Source: Nanobdellota archaeon
Lineage (GTDB): Archaea > Nanobdellota > Nanobdellia > SCGC-AAA011-G17 > GW2011-AR17
Length of the DNA stretch: 56,821 nt
Direction of reading: 5' to 3'
Assembly: GCA_018896675.1 (NCBI GenBank)
Contig: JAHIMK010000069.1
Location: forward strand, 1 to 56,821
Below the pieces are notes generated by a model. That model was not told where the DNA came from, searched no databases, and saw only the letters and a list, made by a program, of their open reading frames with translations. Made by a program: the position numbers and the translations under genes. This document shows, in pieces, positions 18,932 through 28,579 of the stretch (positions within the stretch are counted from its first letter, which is position 1; every line of letters begins with the position of its first letter).

Positions 18932-19432
18932 ATGAGGAATAAAATTGTTGGATATTTAATTGTAGGAATATCTATTTTATTAGGTTTTGTTATTTGGATG
19001 TTTAACAGAGCTTTAGCTGAAATAGTTAGTACATCTTGCTCACATGGTTCTAGTTGTCCAATGTGGGGCACTATAGATTTTCAAACTAATATAGGATTAG
19101 GAGTAATGGTTTTTATTATTCTGATAGGAATTTATTTAATATTTTTTGGGAAAGAACAAAAGATAGTTACTAAATTTGTTAAAGAACAAATTAAAGATAA
19201 ACAAATTAGTAAGGATAATTATAAAGATATTATGAATAAATTAAATAATGAAGAAAAAAGTGTTTTTGAAAAAATAATTGAATCAGAAGGATCTATGTTC
19301 CAATCAGAATTAGTAGAAAAAACAGATTTAACTAAAGTTAAAGTTACAAGAATTCTTGATAAGTTAGAAGGTAAACATTTAATTGAAAGAAGAAGGCGTG
19401 GAATGACCAATATAGTTATTTTAAAGAAATAG
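18932..19432 (+). CDS. Membrane-anchored wHTH (MarR-like) regulator
   Basis: Two N-terminal TMs with CSHGSSCPMWG between them. C-terminal MFQSELVEKTDLTKVKVTRILDKLEGKHLIERRRRG. Confidence 0.6.
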   Translation: MRNKIVGYLIVGISILLGFVIWMFNRALAEIVSTSCSHGSSCPMWGTIDFQTNIGLGVMVFIILIGIYLIFFGKEQKIVTKFVKEQIKDKQISKDNYKDIMNKLNNEEKSVFEKIIESEGSMFQSELVEKTDLTKVKVTRILDKLEGKHLIERRRRGMTNIVILKK

Positions 19433-19467
19433 TAAGATTTATTAACAGCTTTTGAAGGGAAATTATT

Positions 19468-20352
19468 ATGGTTAAAGAATCAAGTAATCAATTCAAGAAA
19501 TATATTGAAAAAAAAGTTAGAGAAACAATTAGAAAGTATTCTTTATTTACAAAGAAAGATAAAATTGCTGTTGCTGTCTCTGGAGGCAAGGATTCCACTG
19601 TTTGTTTGTATTTACTTAAGAAATTAGGTTATGATGTTGAAGGAATTACAATTGATGCTGTTATTGGTAATTATACTAAAAAAAATTTAGAGAATTTAAA
19701 AAAAGTTTGTAAAGATTTAGATATTAAACTGCACGTTATTTCATTTAGAGAAGAATTTGGCATGTCTTTGTGTTATATTAAATCACTATTAAAAGGAAAA
19801 GGTTATGATTATTCATCTTGTATGATTTGTGGGGTATTGAAAAGGTATTTATTGAATAAATATTCTAGAAAATTAAAATTTGATTGTTTGGCTACAGGAC
19901 ATAACTTAGATGATGAAGCACAAGCGTTTCTTATGAATGTTTTAAGAAATGATTTTAAATTAGCACAAAGACAAGGGGCTATGCCTGGCGTTGCTATATC
20001 AAAGAAATTTACTAAAAGAGTTAAGCCTCTTTATTTAATTAAAGAAGAAGAAGTTGAAAGATTTTCTAAATTAATGAAATTCCCAGTAAATTATGGAATT
20101 TGCCCTTGTTCTATTGATGCTTATAGGAGACAATATATTAATTTCTTAAATGCGTTTGAAAAGAAACATCCTAGTGTCAAGTATAATATCATCAAGTTCC
20201 ATGAAACTATGAAAAATAATTTAAAAAAACAAAAAAATTTGAAAGTTTCTAATTGTAAAGTTTGTAAAGAGCCTTCAAGTAAAGAACTTTGTAAAACTTG
20301 TACTATTTTTAAAATTCTAGCCACTGCTAAAAAAGAGTGTAAAACTTGTTGA
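19468..20352 (+). CDS. PP-loop tRNA 2-thiolation ATPase (TtuA/NcsA/TtcA family)
   Basis: SGGKDS PP-loop, CMICGVLKR, GHNLDDEAQ and C-terminal CKVC...CKTC zinc finger. Confidence 0.8.
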   Translation: MVKESSNQFKKYIEKKVRETIRKYSLFTKKDKIAVAVSGGKDSTVCLYLLKKLGYDVEGITIDAVIGNYTKKNLENLKKVCKDLDIKLHVISFREEFGMSLCYIKSLLKGKGYDYSSCMICGVLKRYLLNKYSRKLKFDCLATGHNLDDEAQAFLMNVLRNDFKLAQRQGAMPGVAISKKFTKRVKPLYLIKEEEVERFSKLMKFPVNYGICPCSIDAYRRQYINFLNAFEKKHPSVKYNIIKFHETMKNNLKKQKNLKVSNCKVCKEPSSKELCKTCTIFKILATAKKECKTC

Positions 20353-20391
20353 AATAACAGATTTTATAAATATTAAATAGATTTTATAATT

Positions 20392-21150
20392 ATGGATATA
20401 AAGAAATATGAAAAATTAATGAAGGAAGCATTAAATCCTAAAAATCTTCCAAAAAAAAGAGCTAAATTATTTAGTAAACTTTATTATGATTATGTTAAAG
20501 AAAAAGGAAATGATAAAGAATGGGATAAATTTAGGACTAAACTTAGAAGAAAAAATATGAATAAATTAACAGATATTCAAAAGAAAAAATTTGGTTTAAC
20601 CAAAAAAGAAATAAAAAAAGCTTCTCTTGAAATAAAAAATAAATTATCTATTAAAAAGAACTTTTTCCCTGTACATTCATTCTATAAAACTAGTTTTGCT
20701 TTAATAAATAAACTTGGGAAAATAGGAAATAAAATATTAGACATTGGTTATGGAGAATATCCATTAATTGTTAATTTATTAAATAAAAAGAGATTTACAG
20801 CTTTTGGAATAGAACCTTATCCTAAAGAATTTGATAATATTAAAAGCTTTAAAGGAACTTTAAATAAATTTCCTAAAAAATTAGAGCAAAAATATAACAT
20901 TATTTTAGCAAATATAGTTTATAGTATCAATTATTCTCATTCTTTTCCTAAAAAATTCAAATGGGAACTAAAAAATAAAAGAAAACTCATAAAAAAATTA
21001 AGATTTTTAATTAAACCAAAAGGATATTTAATTTTAATTGATGATTTAGGAACGATTTTTTTAAAAAAAGAATTAAAAAAATACTTTAAAATCTTATTAT
21101 TTGAAAAAGATTGTCACAGTAAGATTACTTTATTACAAAAAAGAATGTAA
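20392..21150 (+). CDS. Hypothetical Lys-rich protein with weak methyltransferase-like motif
   Basis: ILDIGYGEYP resembles SAM motif I. Otherwise unassigned. Confidence 0.35.
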   Translation: MDIKKYEKLMKEALNPKNLPKKRAKLFSKLYYDYVKEKGNDKEWDKFRTKLRRKNMNKLTDIQKKKFGLTKKEIKKASLEIKNKLSIKKNFFPVHSFYKTSFALINKLGKIGNKILDIGYGEYPLIVNLLNKKRFTAFGIEPYPKEFDNIKSFKGTLNKFPKKLEQKYNIILANIVYSINYSHSFPKKFKWELKNKRKLIKKLRFLIKPKGYLILIDDLGTIFLKKELKKYFKILLFEKDCHSKITLLQKRM

Positions 21151-21210
21151 AACTTGTTGAAACTAATTTCATACAATTCTTAATAAGCTGTTTCAATTAT
21201 AAATTTCTTC

Positions 21211-22614
21211 ATGACAAAAATAAAATTGCAAATCAAAGGCATGCACTGCCAAATTTGTGTTGATCTTATCAAAGATAAAGTCAAAGAACTCAATGGCATA
21301 AATAAAGTCAATGTAAGTTATTCAAAAGAGATTGCAGAAATTGATTTTGATGAAACTAAAACTGATGTTAATTCAATTATGAATAAGATAGAAGAAGATA
21401 CTTACAGCTGTAATATTTTTGAAGGAGGTGGTAAAAAAAAGAGGAAAGGTTGGATATTTGGTTTGATAGGTTTTGTTATAGTTATTTATTTTATATTAAA
21501 TTTAGCTGATAATCTAAACTTGCCGCAGATAAGTCAAAATATGAGTTATGGATTATTATTTCTTGTTGGTTTGTTAACAGGTTTTCATTGTATAAGTATG
21601 TGTGGCGGTTTTGTCGTTTCTTATACTTTAAAAAATGCTAAAACAACTAAACCATATAAGCTACATTTAATGTATGCTACAGGAAAGATTATCTCTTACA
21701 CTATAATAGGAGCAGCCTTTGGTTTTCTCGGTTCCATAATTGCTTTTACTCCCCTGATGAGGGGCGTGGCAGGATTACTAGCTGGACTTTTCTTAGTGTT
21801 ATTTGGATTAAAGATGTTAAATATTTTTCCCATCTTAAGAAAAATTCAATTTAAAACCCCAAAATCTTTATCCAAACTTATCGGTAAAAAAACTGAACAT
21901 TCCAGTCCTCTCTTTATTGGCTTGCTAAATGGCCTCATGATTGCTTGCGGACCATTGCAAGCCATCTATATTATGGCAGCTGGTACTGGAAGTTTAATTG
22001 AAGGAGCTAAATTGTTATTCATATTTGCATTAGGAACTTTGCCTGTAATAATAGGATTCGGATATTTTGCAAGTATGATCTCAAAAAAAGCAACACATAA
22101 AATCTTGAAAGCTTCAGGTGCAATTGTTTTAATTTTAGGATTAATAATGATGAATAATGGTTTAGTTTTGACAGGATCTGGTTATGATATTGGATCTTTA
22201 ACTGGAATGAACAAAAAAATTGAAGGTACAACAGTAATTGAAGAAGGTTTTCAAGAAATAAGAATGGATGTTACTAGATATGGTTGGGAACCTAATAGTT
22301 TTATTTTGAAAAAAGATGTGCCTGTAAAATGGATTATTAAGGGTAAAGAAATTAATGGTTGTAATAATGCAATACAAGTTCCTAAGTTAGGTTTAGAATT
22401 TAATATTAAAAAAGGTGAACAAATAATTGAATTTACACCAACAGAAGAAGGAACTATAAAGTGGAGCTGTTGGATGGGAATGATTCCAGGAACATTTATA
22501 GTTAAAGAAGACACTAGTAATGTTGAAGCAATACAACAAGAATTAAACAATATAGTAGCACAACCTGCAAGTAGTTGTGGTGCAAGTGGTGGCAGTTGTG
22601 GTTGTGGAAAATGA
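21211..22614 (+). CDS. HMA-domain / polytopic membrane / C-terminal cupredoxin-like fusion protein (copper handling)
   Basis: GMHCQIC HMA motif, about 6 TMs (one with a CISMCGG motif), C-terminal beta-sandwich ending CWMGMIPG, and a Cys-rich tail. Confidence 0.7.
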   Translation: MTKIKLQIKGMHCQICVDLIKDKVKELNGINKVNVSYSKEIAEIDFDETKTDVNSIMNKIEEDTYSCNIFEGGGKKKRKGWIFGLIGFVIVIYFILNLADNLNLPQISQNMSYGLLFLVGLLTGFHCISMCGGFVVSYTLKNAKTTKPYKLHLMYATGKIISYTIIGAAFGFLGSIIAFTPLMRGVAGLLAGLFLVLFGLKMLNIFPILRKIQFKTPKSLSKLIGKKTEHSSPLFIGLLNGLMIACGPLQAIYIMAAGTGSLIEGAKLLFIFALGTLPVIIGFGYFASMISKKATHKILKASGAIVLILGLIMMNNGLVLTGSGYDIGSLTGMNKKIEGTTVIEEGFQEIRMDVTRYGWEPNSFILKKDVPVKWIIKGKEINGCNNAIQVPKLGLEFNIKKGEQIIEFTPTEEGTIKWSCWMGMIPGTFIVKEDTSNVEAIQQELNNIVAQPASSCGASGGSCGCGK

Positions 22615-24782
22615 AAAAAACAAATATTCATGTAACAGGTATGCATTGTGCTAGTTGCTCTGCTAATATTAATCGTAAATTAAACAAAACTTTAGGAGTT
22701 AAAGAAGCAAATGTGAATTTTTCAACTTCTAGAGCTACTATTGATTTTGATGAAACTAAACTTGATGAAAAAAAATTAGCAAAAATAATTAAAAAAATGG
22801 GTTATGGTGCTGAACCATTAAAAGAAGGTATGCATTCGCATGATCCAACTGTTTCTCAAAAAAAAGAAATAAAAATTTTAAAGAAAATGTTTATTTTAAG
22901 TTTAGTTTTTGCAGTGCCTGCTTTTGTTATTGGCATGATTTTTATGTGGATTAATATCCATTTACCTTACCAAGATTATATTTTATGGGCTTTAGCTACT
23001 CCTATCCAATTCTTTGTTGGTTGGCCTTTTTATAAGGGAACTTGGATGGCTTTAAAGAATAAATCAGCTAACATGGATTCTTTAATTGCCATAGGCACAA
23101 GTGCTGCATATTTTTTTAGTGTATATACTGTATTGTTTGACAAAACTTTAGGACAATATTTTGAAACTTCTGCTATCTTAATTACATTAGTTATTATGGG
23201 AAGATTGTTAGAAGCAATTGCTAAAGGTAAAACATCTGAAGCTATAAAAAAATTAATGGAACTTTCTCCTAAAATTGCAACAGTTATTAGAAATGGCAAA
23301 GAAATTAAAATTAAAGTTGATGAAGTTAAGAAAGGAGACATTATTATTGTTAAACCTGGAGAAAAAGTTCCTGTTGATGGTGAAATAATTGAAGGTTCAA
23401 GTTCAATTGATGAAAGCATGATTACAGGTGAAAGTATTCCTGTTGAAAAGAAAGTTAAAGATGAAGTTATTGGTGCTACTATTAACAAGCATGGTTCTTT
23501 TAAATTTAAAGCTACTAAAATTGGAAATGAAACAACTTTGTCACACATTATTAAATTAATTGAAGAAGCTCAAGGTAAAAAAGCGCCTATACAAAGGTTT
23601 GCAGATACTGTATCTGCTTATTTTGTACCTATTGTTATAGGAATTGCTTTAGTTACATTCTTAACTTGGAAATTTATTTTTGATAAAGACGTTTCATTTG
23701 CGTTAATTACAGCAGTTGCTGTATTAGTAATTGCTTGTCCTTGCGCTTTAGGTTTAGCTACACCTACTGCTATCATGGTAGGTTCTGGTAAAGGTGCTAA
23801 AGCTGGAATTTTAATTAAAGGTGGAGATGCTTTGGAAACTGCCCATAAAGTTAAGTCTGTTATTTTTGATAAAACAGGTACAATAACTAAAGGTGAACCT
23901 GAAGTTACAGATATTATTGCTTCAGAATTAAGTTCTAAAGAATTATTAAGGATAGCTGCTTCAATTGAAAAAGGTTCTGAACATCCTTTGGCAGATGCTA
24001 TTGTAAATAAAGCTAAAGGTTTGAAATTAAGTAATGCTAAAAATTTCAAAGCTATTCCGGGACATGGAATTAAAGCTAAATTAGGATCTAAAGAATATTT
24101 ATTAGGTAATAGAAAGTTAATGGATAAAATAAAGTTTAATGATAAACAAATTATTCAATTAGAAGATGAAGGTAAGACTGTAATGATTCTTGCTTCTAAA
24201 GGAAAAGCTTTAGGATTAGTTGCTGTTGCTGATGTAATAAAAGATACTTCTAAGGAAGCTGTTTCTGCTTTAATAAAATTAGGTTTAGAGGTTTACATGA
24301 TTACTGGTGATAATTCAAGAACTGCTAAAGCCATAGCAAATCAAGTTGGAATTAAGAATGTATTTGCTGAAGTCTTACCGAAAGATAAAGCAAATTATGT
24401 TAAGAAGTTACAAAAAAATGGAAAAGTTGCAATGATTGGTGATGGAATAAATGATGCGCCTGCTTTAGCGCAAGCAGATATTGGTATTGCAATGGGTTCA
24501 GGCACAGATGTTGCAATGGAAACTGGTAATGTAGTTCTAATGAGGAATGATTTATTGGATGTAGCTAAAGCAATCAAGTTAAGTAGAATAACTATGAACA
24601 AAATTAAACAGAATTTGTTTTGGGCTTTATTTTATAATATCTTAGGAATACCAATTGCTGCAGGAGTCTTGTATCCTTTTACTGGCTGGTTATTGTCCCC
24701 TATAATAGCTGGTGGTGCAATGGCTATGAGTTCTGTTAGTGTAGTAAGTAATTCGTTGTTGATGAAGCGTAAGAAACTTTAA
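22611..24782 (+). CDS. copA: Copper-translocating P1B-type ATPase
   Basis: GMHCASC HMA, CPC in [24 protein letters not shown]. Start placed at ATG 22611 (ATGA overlap with the upstream stop), not the track's 22575. Confidence 0.9.
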   Translation: MKKTNIHVTGMHCASCSANINRKLNKTLGVKEANVNFSTSRATIDFDETKLDEKKLAKIIKKMGYGAEPLKEGMHSHDPTVSQKKEIKILKKMFILSLVFAVPAFVIGMIFMWINIHLPYQDYILWALATPIQFFVGWPFYKGTWMALKNKSANMDSLIAIGTSAAYFFSVYTVLFDKTLGQYFETSAILITLVIMGRLLEAIAKGKTSEAIKKLMELSPKIATVIRNGKEIKIKVDEVKKGDIIIVKPGEKVPVDGEIIEGSSSIDESMITGESIPVEKKVKDEVIGATINKHGSFKFKATKIGNETTLSHIIKLIEEAQGKKAPIQRFADTVSAYFVPIVIGIALVTFLTWKFIFDKDVSFALITAVAVLVIACPCALGLATPTAIMVGSGKGAKAGILIKGGDALETAHKVKSVIFDKTGTITKGEPEVTDIIASELSSKELLRIAASIEKGSEHPLADAIVNKAKGLKLSNAKNFKAIPGHGIKAKLGSKEYLLGNRKLMDKIKFNDKQIIQLEDEGKTVMILASKGKALGLVAVADVIKDTSKEAVSALIKLGLEVYMITGDNSRTAKAIANQVGIKNVFAEVLPKDKANYVKKLQKNGKVAMIGDGINDAPALAQADIGIAMGSGTDVAMETGNVVLMRNDLLDVAKAIKLSRITMNKIKQNLFWALFYNILGIPIAAGVLYPFTGWLLSPIIAGGAMAMSSVSVVSNSLLMKRKKL

Positions 24783-24818
24783 AAATAATCAAAACTTCTA
24801 TATTTTAGAGGTGATTAC

Positions 24819-25490
24819 ATGAAAAAATCAATTTTAGTTATTTTTGTTGTTCTATTAATGAGTTCTTTAACTTTTGCTCAAGGACAACAAGGAATTCATG
24901 AACCTGGAACAGGTATTGAAAATCCAGAAGTAAAAGAAGCTGGACAAGGTACAGGACAAGGCTTAGAAGCTCAAGAAATGCAAGGTGAAGCTCAACAAGT
25001 TATGGCTCAAAATAAAGCTCAAAACAAGGTTATGGCAGGAGAATTTATGTCTGAAAATGGCAAACAAATGAAGTTTCAAGTGCAAGAAAATAATCAACTG
25101 AAATTTCAAGTTGGAAATGCTTTTGCAAATACTAACATGGAATTAATGCAAGAACAAGTCCAAGAAAAAACTAGACTTAAAGTCAAATTAAGTAATGGAA
25201 AAGATTCTGAAATTAAGATTATGCCAGACACAGCATCTGAAAGAGCTTTAGAAAGATTAAAGTTAAAAGTTTGTGCAGAAGAGAACGGCTGTCATATTGA
25301 ATTAAAAGAAGTGGGCCAAGGCGAACAAGTAAGAGTTGCTTATGAAGTTCAAGCACAAAAACAAGCCAGATTCTTAGGATTGTTTAAAACTCAAATGCAA
25401 GTTCAAGCACAAGTTGATGCAGAGAACGGAGAAATTATACAATCTCAAAAACCTTGGTGGGCATTCTTAGCAAGTGAATCTGAAGAATAA
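24819..25490 (+). CDS. Secreted Gln/Met-rich protein with PepSY-like C-terminal domain
   Basis: Signal peptide MKKSILVIFVVLLMSSLTFAQG, Met/Gln-rich middle, and C-terminal ...VDAENGEII pattern. Confidence 0.5.
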   Translation: MKKSILVIFVVLLMSSLTFAQGQQGIHEPGTGIENPEVKEAGQGTGQGLEAQEMQGEAQQVMAQNKAQNKVMAGEFMSENGKQMKFQVQENNQLKFQVGNAFANTNMELMQEQVQEKTRLKVKLSNGKDSEIKIMPDTASERALERLKLKVCAEENGCHIELKEVGQGEQVRVAYEVQAQKQARFLGLFKTQMQVQAQVDAENGEIIQSQKPWWAFLASESEE

Positions 25491-25495
25491 TTTTT

Positions 25496-25912
25496 TTATT
25501 TTTCTTTTATTTTTATAAATCTATTTTTTAAACTAGGAGAATTTTTTAAATCTTGTTTAAAATTTTTAATAGATTCTCTTTTTGCTTTAGTTTCAAGTAT
25601 TCCTTCTAATTTACTTAAATGCTTAGGCAACTCTTCTTTCTTATCCCTATTAATTTCAATATATAAAGAAGCATATTCTTTATTGTTTTGACTTAATTCC
25701 AAACTTATTTTTAATAAAAAATCTTCTAATAAAAAGTTATATGTGAAACAACCATTTTTTTCTGTATCTGTGTTAAAGGATTTCACTAATATACCTTCAA
25801 AAGCTATCTTTAAAATATCTTCAAAATTGTTCTTAAGTAATTTTTTATCTTCTAAACCATACTCTTTGTTTAAAGAAAAGCTTTCATAAGGCATATAGTA
25901 GTTATAATCCAT
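25496..25912 (-). CDS. Hypothetical protein
   Basis: 138-aa ORF filling the gap between flanking genes. No motif recognised. Confidence 0.4.
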   Translation of the reverse strand: MDYNYYMPYESFSLNKEYGLEDKKLLKNNFEDILKIAFEGILVKSFNTDTEKNGCFTYNFLLEDFLLKISLELSQNNKEYASLYIEINRDKKEELPKHLSKLEGILETKAKRESIKNFKQDLKNSPSLKNRFIKIKEK

Positions 25913-25972
25913 AAATTTATAAATTTATCCCAATAGCAAAGCATATAAAATTCTATAATCAACTAAATTGTA

Positions 25973-27079
25973 ATGGGAATAGTTGACCACAAGTTAAATG
26001 AGAAAATTCAAGAGTTTGAAGAAGAGTTAAAAAAAACTAAATATAATAAAAGAACTCAAGGAGCAGTTGGTTTACTTAAAGCTAAGATTGCAAGATTAAA
26101 AGGCGAAAAAACAGCTAAATCTTCTAAAAAAGTTCATGCACAAGGTTGGTCAGTAAGAAAAAGTGGCGATGCTACAGCTGTTTTAGTTGGTTTTCCTTCT
26201 GTAGGTAAAAGTACTTTGATAAACAAAATTACTGCTGCTGAATCACGAGTCGGCCATTATGAATTTACTACATTAGAGGTTATACCTGGTTCTTTAGAAT
26301 ATGAAAATGTTAAAATCCAAATTTTTGATGTTCCTGGTTTAATAGAAGGTGCTTCTAAAGGTAGAGGAAAAGGTAGAGAAGTTTTAGGTGCTGTTGGTGT
26401 AGCTGATTTAGTCATATTATTAATTGATGCAACTAAACCGCAACAATTAGAAGCAATACAAAATGAATTGTATGAAGCAAGAATAAGGATAAATAAGAAA
26501 AAACCAGATGTAAGAATTACAAAAAAAAGTACTGGTGGAATAAATATTTCTTCTGTAAAATTAACTAAAACTACTAAACCAATTATTATTGATGTTTTAA
26601 GAGAATTAAAGTTTAATAATGCTGATGTTATATTCAGAGAAGATATTGATGTTGATGAATTGATTGATGTTATTGAAGATAACAGAAAATATCTTAATGG
26701 TTTAATTGTTGTTAATAAAATTGATTTAGTTTCTAAAGAAAAATTAGAAGAAATAAAGAAAAAAATAAAACCAGATGTTTTAATTTCTGCTGAAAAAAGT
26801 GTAGGTTTAGAAGAATTAAAGAAAAAGATTTTTGACAAATTAGATTTGGTAAGAATTTATTGTAAAGAAATTAGTAAACCTGCTGACTTAAGGGTTCCTT
26901 TGGTTTTGAAAGGTCAAGCAACTTTAAGGGATGCTTGTTTAAAATTACATAAAGAGTTTATCACAAAATTTCGGTTTGCAAGGATTTGGGGCAAATCTGT
27001 CAAATTTGATGGCCAAAAAATACTTAATTTAAAGCATGAATTAAAGGATGGAGACATAGTTGAATTTCATTTGAATTAA
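25973..27079 (+). CDS. drg: DRG-family (Obg-like) GTPase with TGS domain
   Basis: GFPSVGKST G1, DVPGL G3, NKID G4, and C-terminal TGS (DGDIVEF). Confidence 0.85.
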   Translation: MGIVDHKLNEKIQEFEEELKKTKYNKRTQGAVGLLKAKIARLKGEKTAKSSKKVHAQGWSVRKSGDATAVLVGFPSVGKSTLINKITAAESRVGHYEFTTLEVIPGSLEYENVKIQIFDVPGLIEGASKGRGKGREVLGAVGVADLVILLIDATKPQQLEAIQNELYEARIRINKKKPDVRITKKSTGGINISSVKLTKTTKPIIIDVLRELKFNNADVIFREDIDVDELIDVIEDNRKYLNGLIVVNKIDLVSKEKLEEIKKKIKPDVLISAEKSVGLEELKKKIFDKLDLVRIYCKEISKPADLRVPLVLKGQATLRDACLKLHKEFITKFRFARIWGKSVKFDGQKILNLKHELKDGDIVEFHLN

Positions 27080-27660
27080 TCTTTTAAAGCTTTTTCTAAA
27101 CTTAAGGTTTTAATTATTTCTACGGGTGTTCTTTGTAGTAACCAAAATTCTGGAAGTTCAAATTGTCCATAATAATCTTTTAAATCAATTTGAGAATTAC
27201 AATATTTTAAAAATAAATCCATAATAAGATTCCTATTTTTTTTATTAACAAATAAAGAATTTCTTCCCATAGTTAATGATTCAGTCATTACTTCTTTAAA
27301 TGCTCCTTCAATATATTGATTACACCATTTAGGAGAAAAATATTTATGTTCCCTAACATAACCTTGTGAAAGAGTATTAGATTCTATTTTTGGAACATTT
27401 AATACTAAAATTTTAGATTCATCAATCTCATCCCAACCATATTTGTCTTCCAAAACCTGCTTTTTTAAATATACAAGGAGCCCATATTCTTTCCATTTTT
27501 TAATATGATTAGGAAGAATACCAACAAGACAAGAAGGAGGAATTTTAACTTTAGAATTATTAAGAATAGTGCGTGGTTCTAAATAACCTGATTCTAATAT
27601 CTTTGCCCATTTTTCTTTTGACGTTAAATGCCAAATATTTTCTAAACTCATTTTTCCCAA
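27076..27660 (-). CDS. Hypothetical protein
   Basis: 194-aa ORF, convergent 4-nt overlap with drg. Confidence 0.4.
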   Translation of the reverse strand: MGKMSLENIWHLTSKEKWAKILESGYLEPRTILNNSKVKIPPSCLVGILPNHIKKWKEYGLLVYLKKQVLEDKYGWDEIDESKILVLNVPKIESNTLSQGYVREHKYFSPKWCNQYIEGAFKEVMTESLTMGRNSLFVNKKNRNLIMDLFLKYCNSQIDLKDYYGQFELPEFWLLQRTPVEIIKTLSLEKALKD

Positions 27661-27814
27661 AAATTATCACTTAAAAGAAAATATTTTATTTAAAAAACTT
27701 CCTATAAAAAAGATTAAAATTGTGTTTTCTCTTTTAAACCTCAAAAATAGGCAATAAATATATAAATAGGTAGAATATTCTCGGATTAATTAAAAAATAT
27801 GCTTAAAAATAGAG

Positions 27815-28558
27815 GTGAAAGGTATGGATCATATTAAAAAAGAAGTAAAAGGACTTGTTGAAAAGTACAATAATCAAGGCAACGCTACATATGAAAAGAT
27901 GGTTCCAATCATCCTTAAAAAAGGTGTTGAAAGCGTTAATCTTTCCATGTTTAGTGAAGAAATGCGAAATAACATCATGAACTCTGTCGGTGAAGAGCTT
28001 ATGAAAAAAGGTAAAATTACAGAAGCAGTAAAAGCTTATGTTGCAACAAATAATAGCCCTAAATTAGTCAATATAGGTGATGATTTTAGTTCTAAAGGAA
28101 TGTATAGCGATGCTATTGACTGCTATAAATTAGCCCAAAATAGAGAAAGATTAAGAGTTACTGGAGAAACTTGTTTAAGAGATGGTCAAATGGTTGATGC
28201 TATCAGAGCTTATAAGTTGCTTAATGATAAGGAAATGCTTGTTAAAGTTGGAGAAGAATGCATTAATAGAGAGAAATATGATAGTGCAATTGAAGTATTT
28301 CATTTATTAGAAAATACTACTAAATTAATTGAAGTTGGAGACAAATGTGTCAAAACTGAAAGAAATGAATGTTTGCCTTTTGCTGAAAAAGCTTATTCTA
28401 TTGCAGGAGAACAAGAGAAATTAAACACCTTAGGAGATTTATATCTTAAAAAAGAAAAGCTTAATTCGGCTTTCAGAGTTTACAAAACAGCTGGAAATCA
28501 TATGATGATGAGTTTCTTGCGTGAAAACTTTGGAATCGGACAAGAAATGCAACAATAA
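27815..28558 (+). CDS. Repeat protein (about five ~38-aa helical repeats); start may be ATG 27824
   Basis: Recurring pattern L..(V/I)G(D/E).C......(Y/M).(D/S)AI..YKL. Confidence 0.45.
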   Translation: MKGMDHIKKEVKGLVEKYNNQGNATYEKMVPIILKKGVESVNLSMFSEEMRNNIMNSVGEELMKKGKITEAVKAYVATNNSPKLVNIGDDFSSKGMYSDAIDCYKLAQNRERLRVTGETCLRDGQMVDAIRAYKLLNDKEMLVKVGEECINREKYDSAIEVFHLLENTTKLIEVGDKCVKTERNECLPFAEKAYSIAGEQEKLNTLGDLYLKKEKLNSAFRVYKTAGNHMMMSFLRENFGIGQEMQQ

Positions 28559-28579
28559 ATTTCTTTTTTATTTTTTTCA

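Noticed and set aside
22575-22610. ORF-track start of copA at 22575 ([12 protein letters not shown]...).
   Set aside because: This extension overlaps the upstream gene and encodes a Trp/Cys-rich artefact. The ATG at 22611 gives the canonical [19 protein letters not shown] start with an ATGA stop/start overlap.
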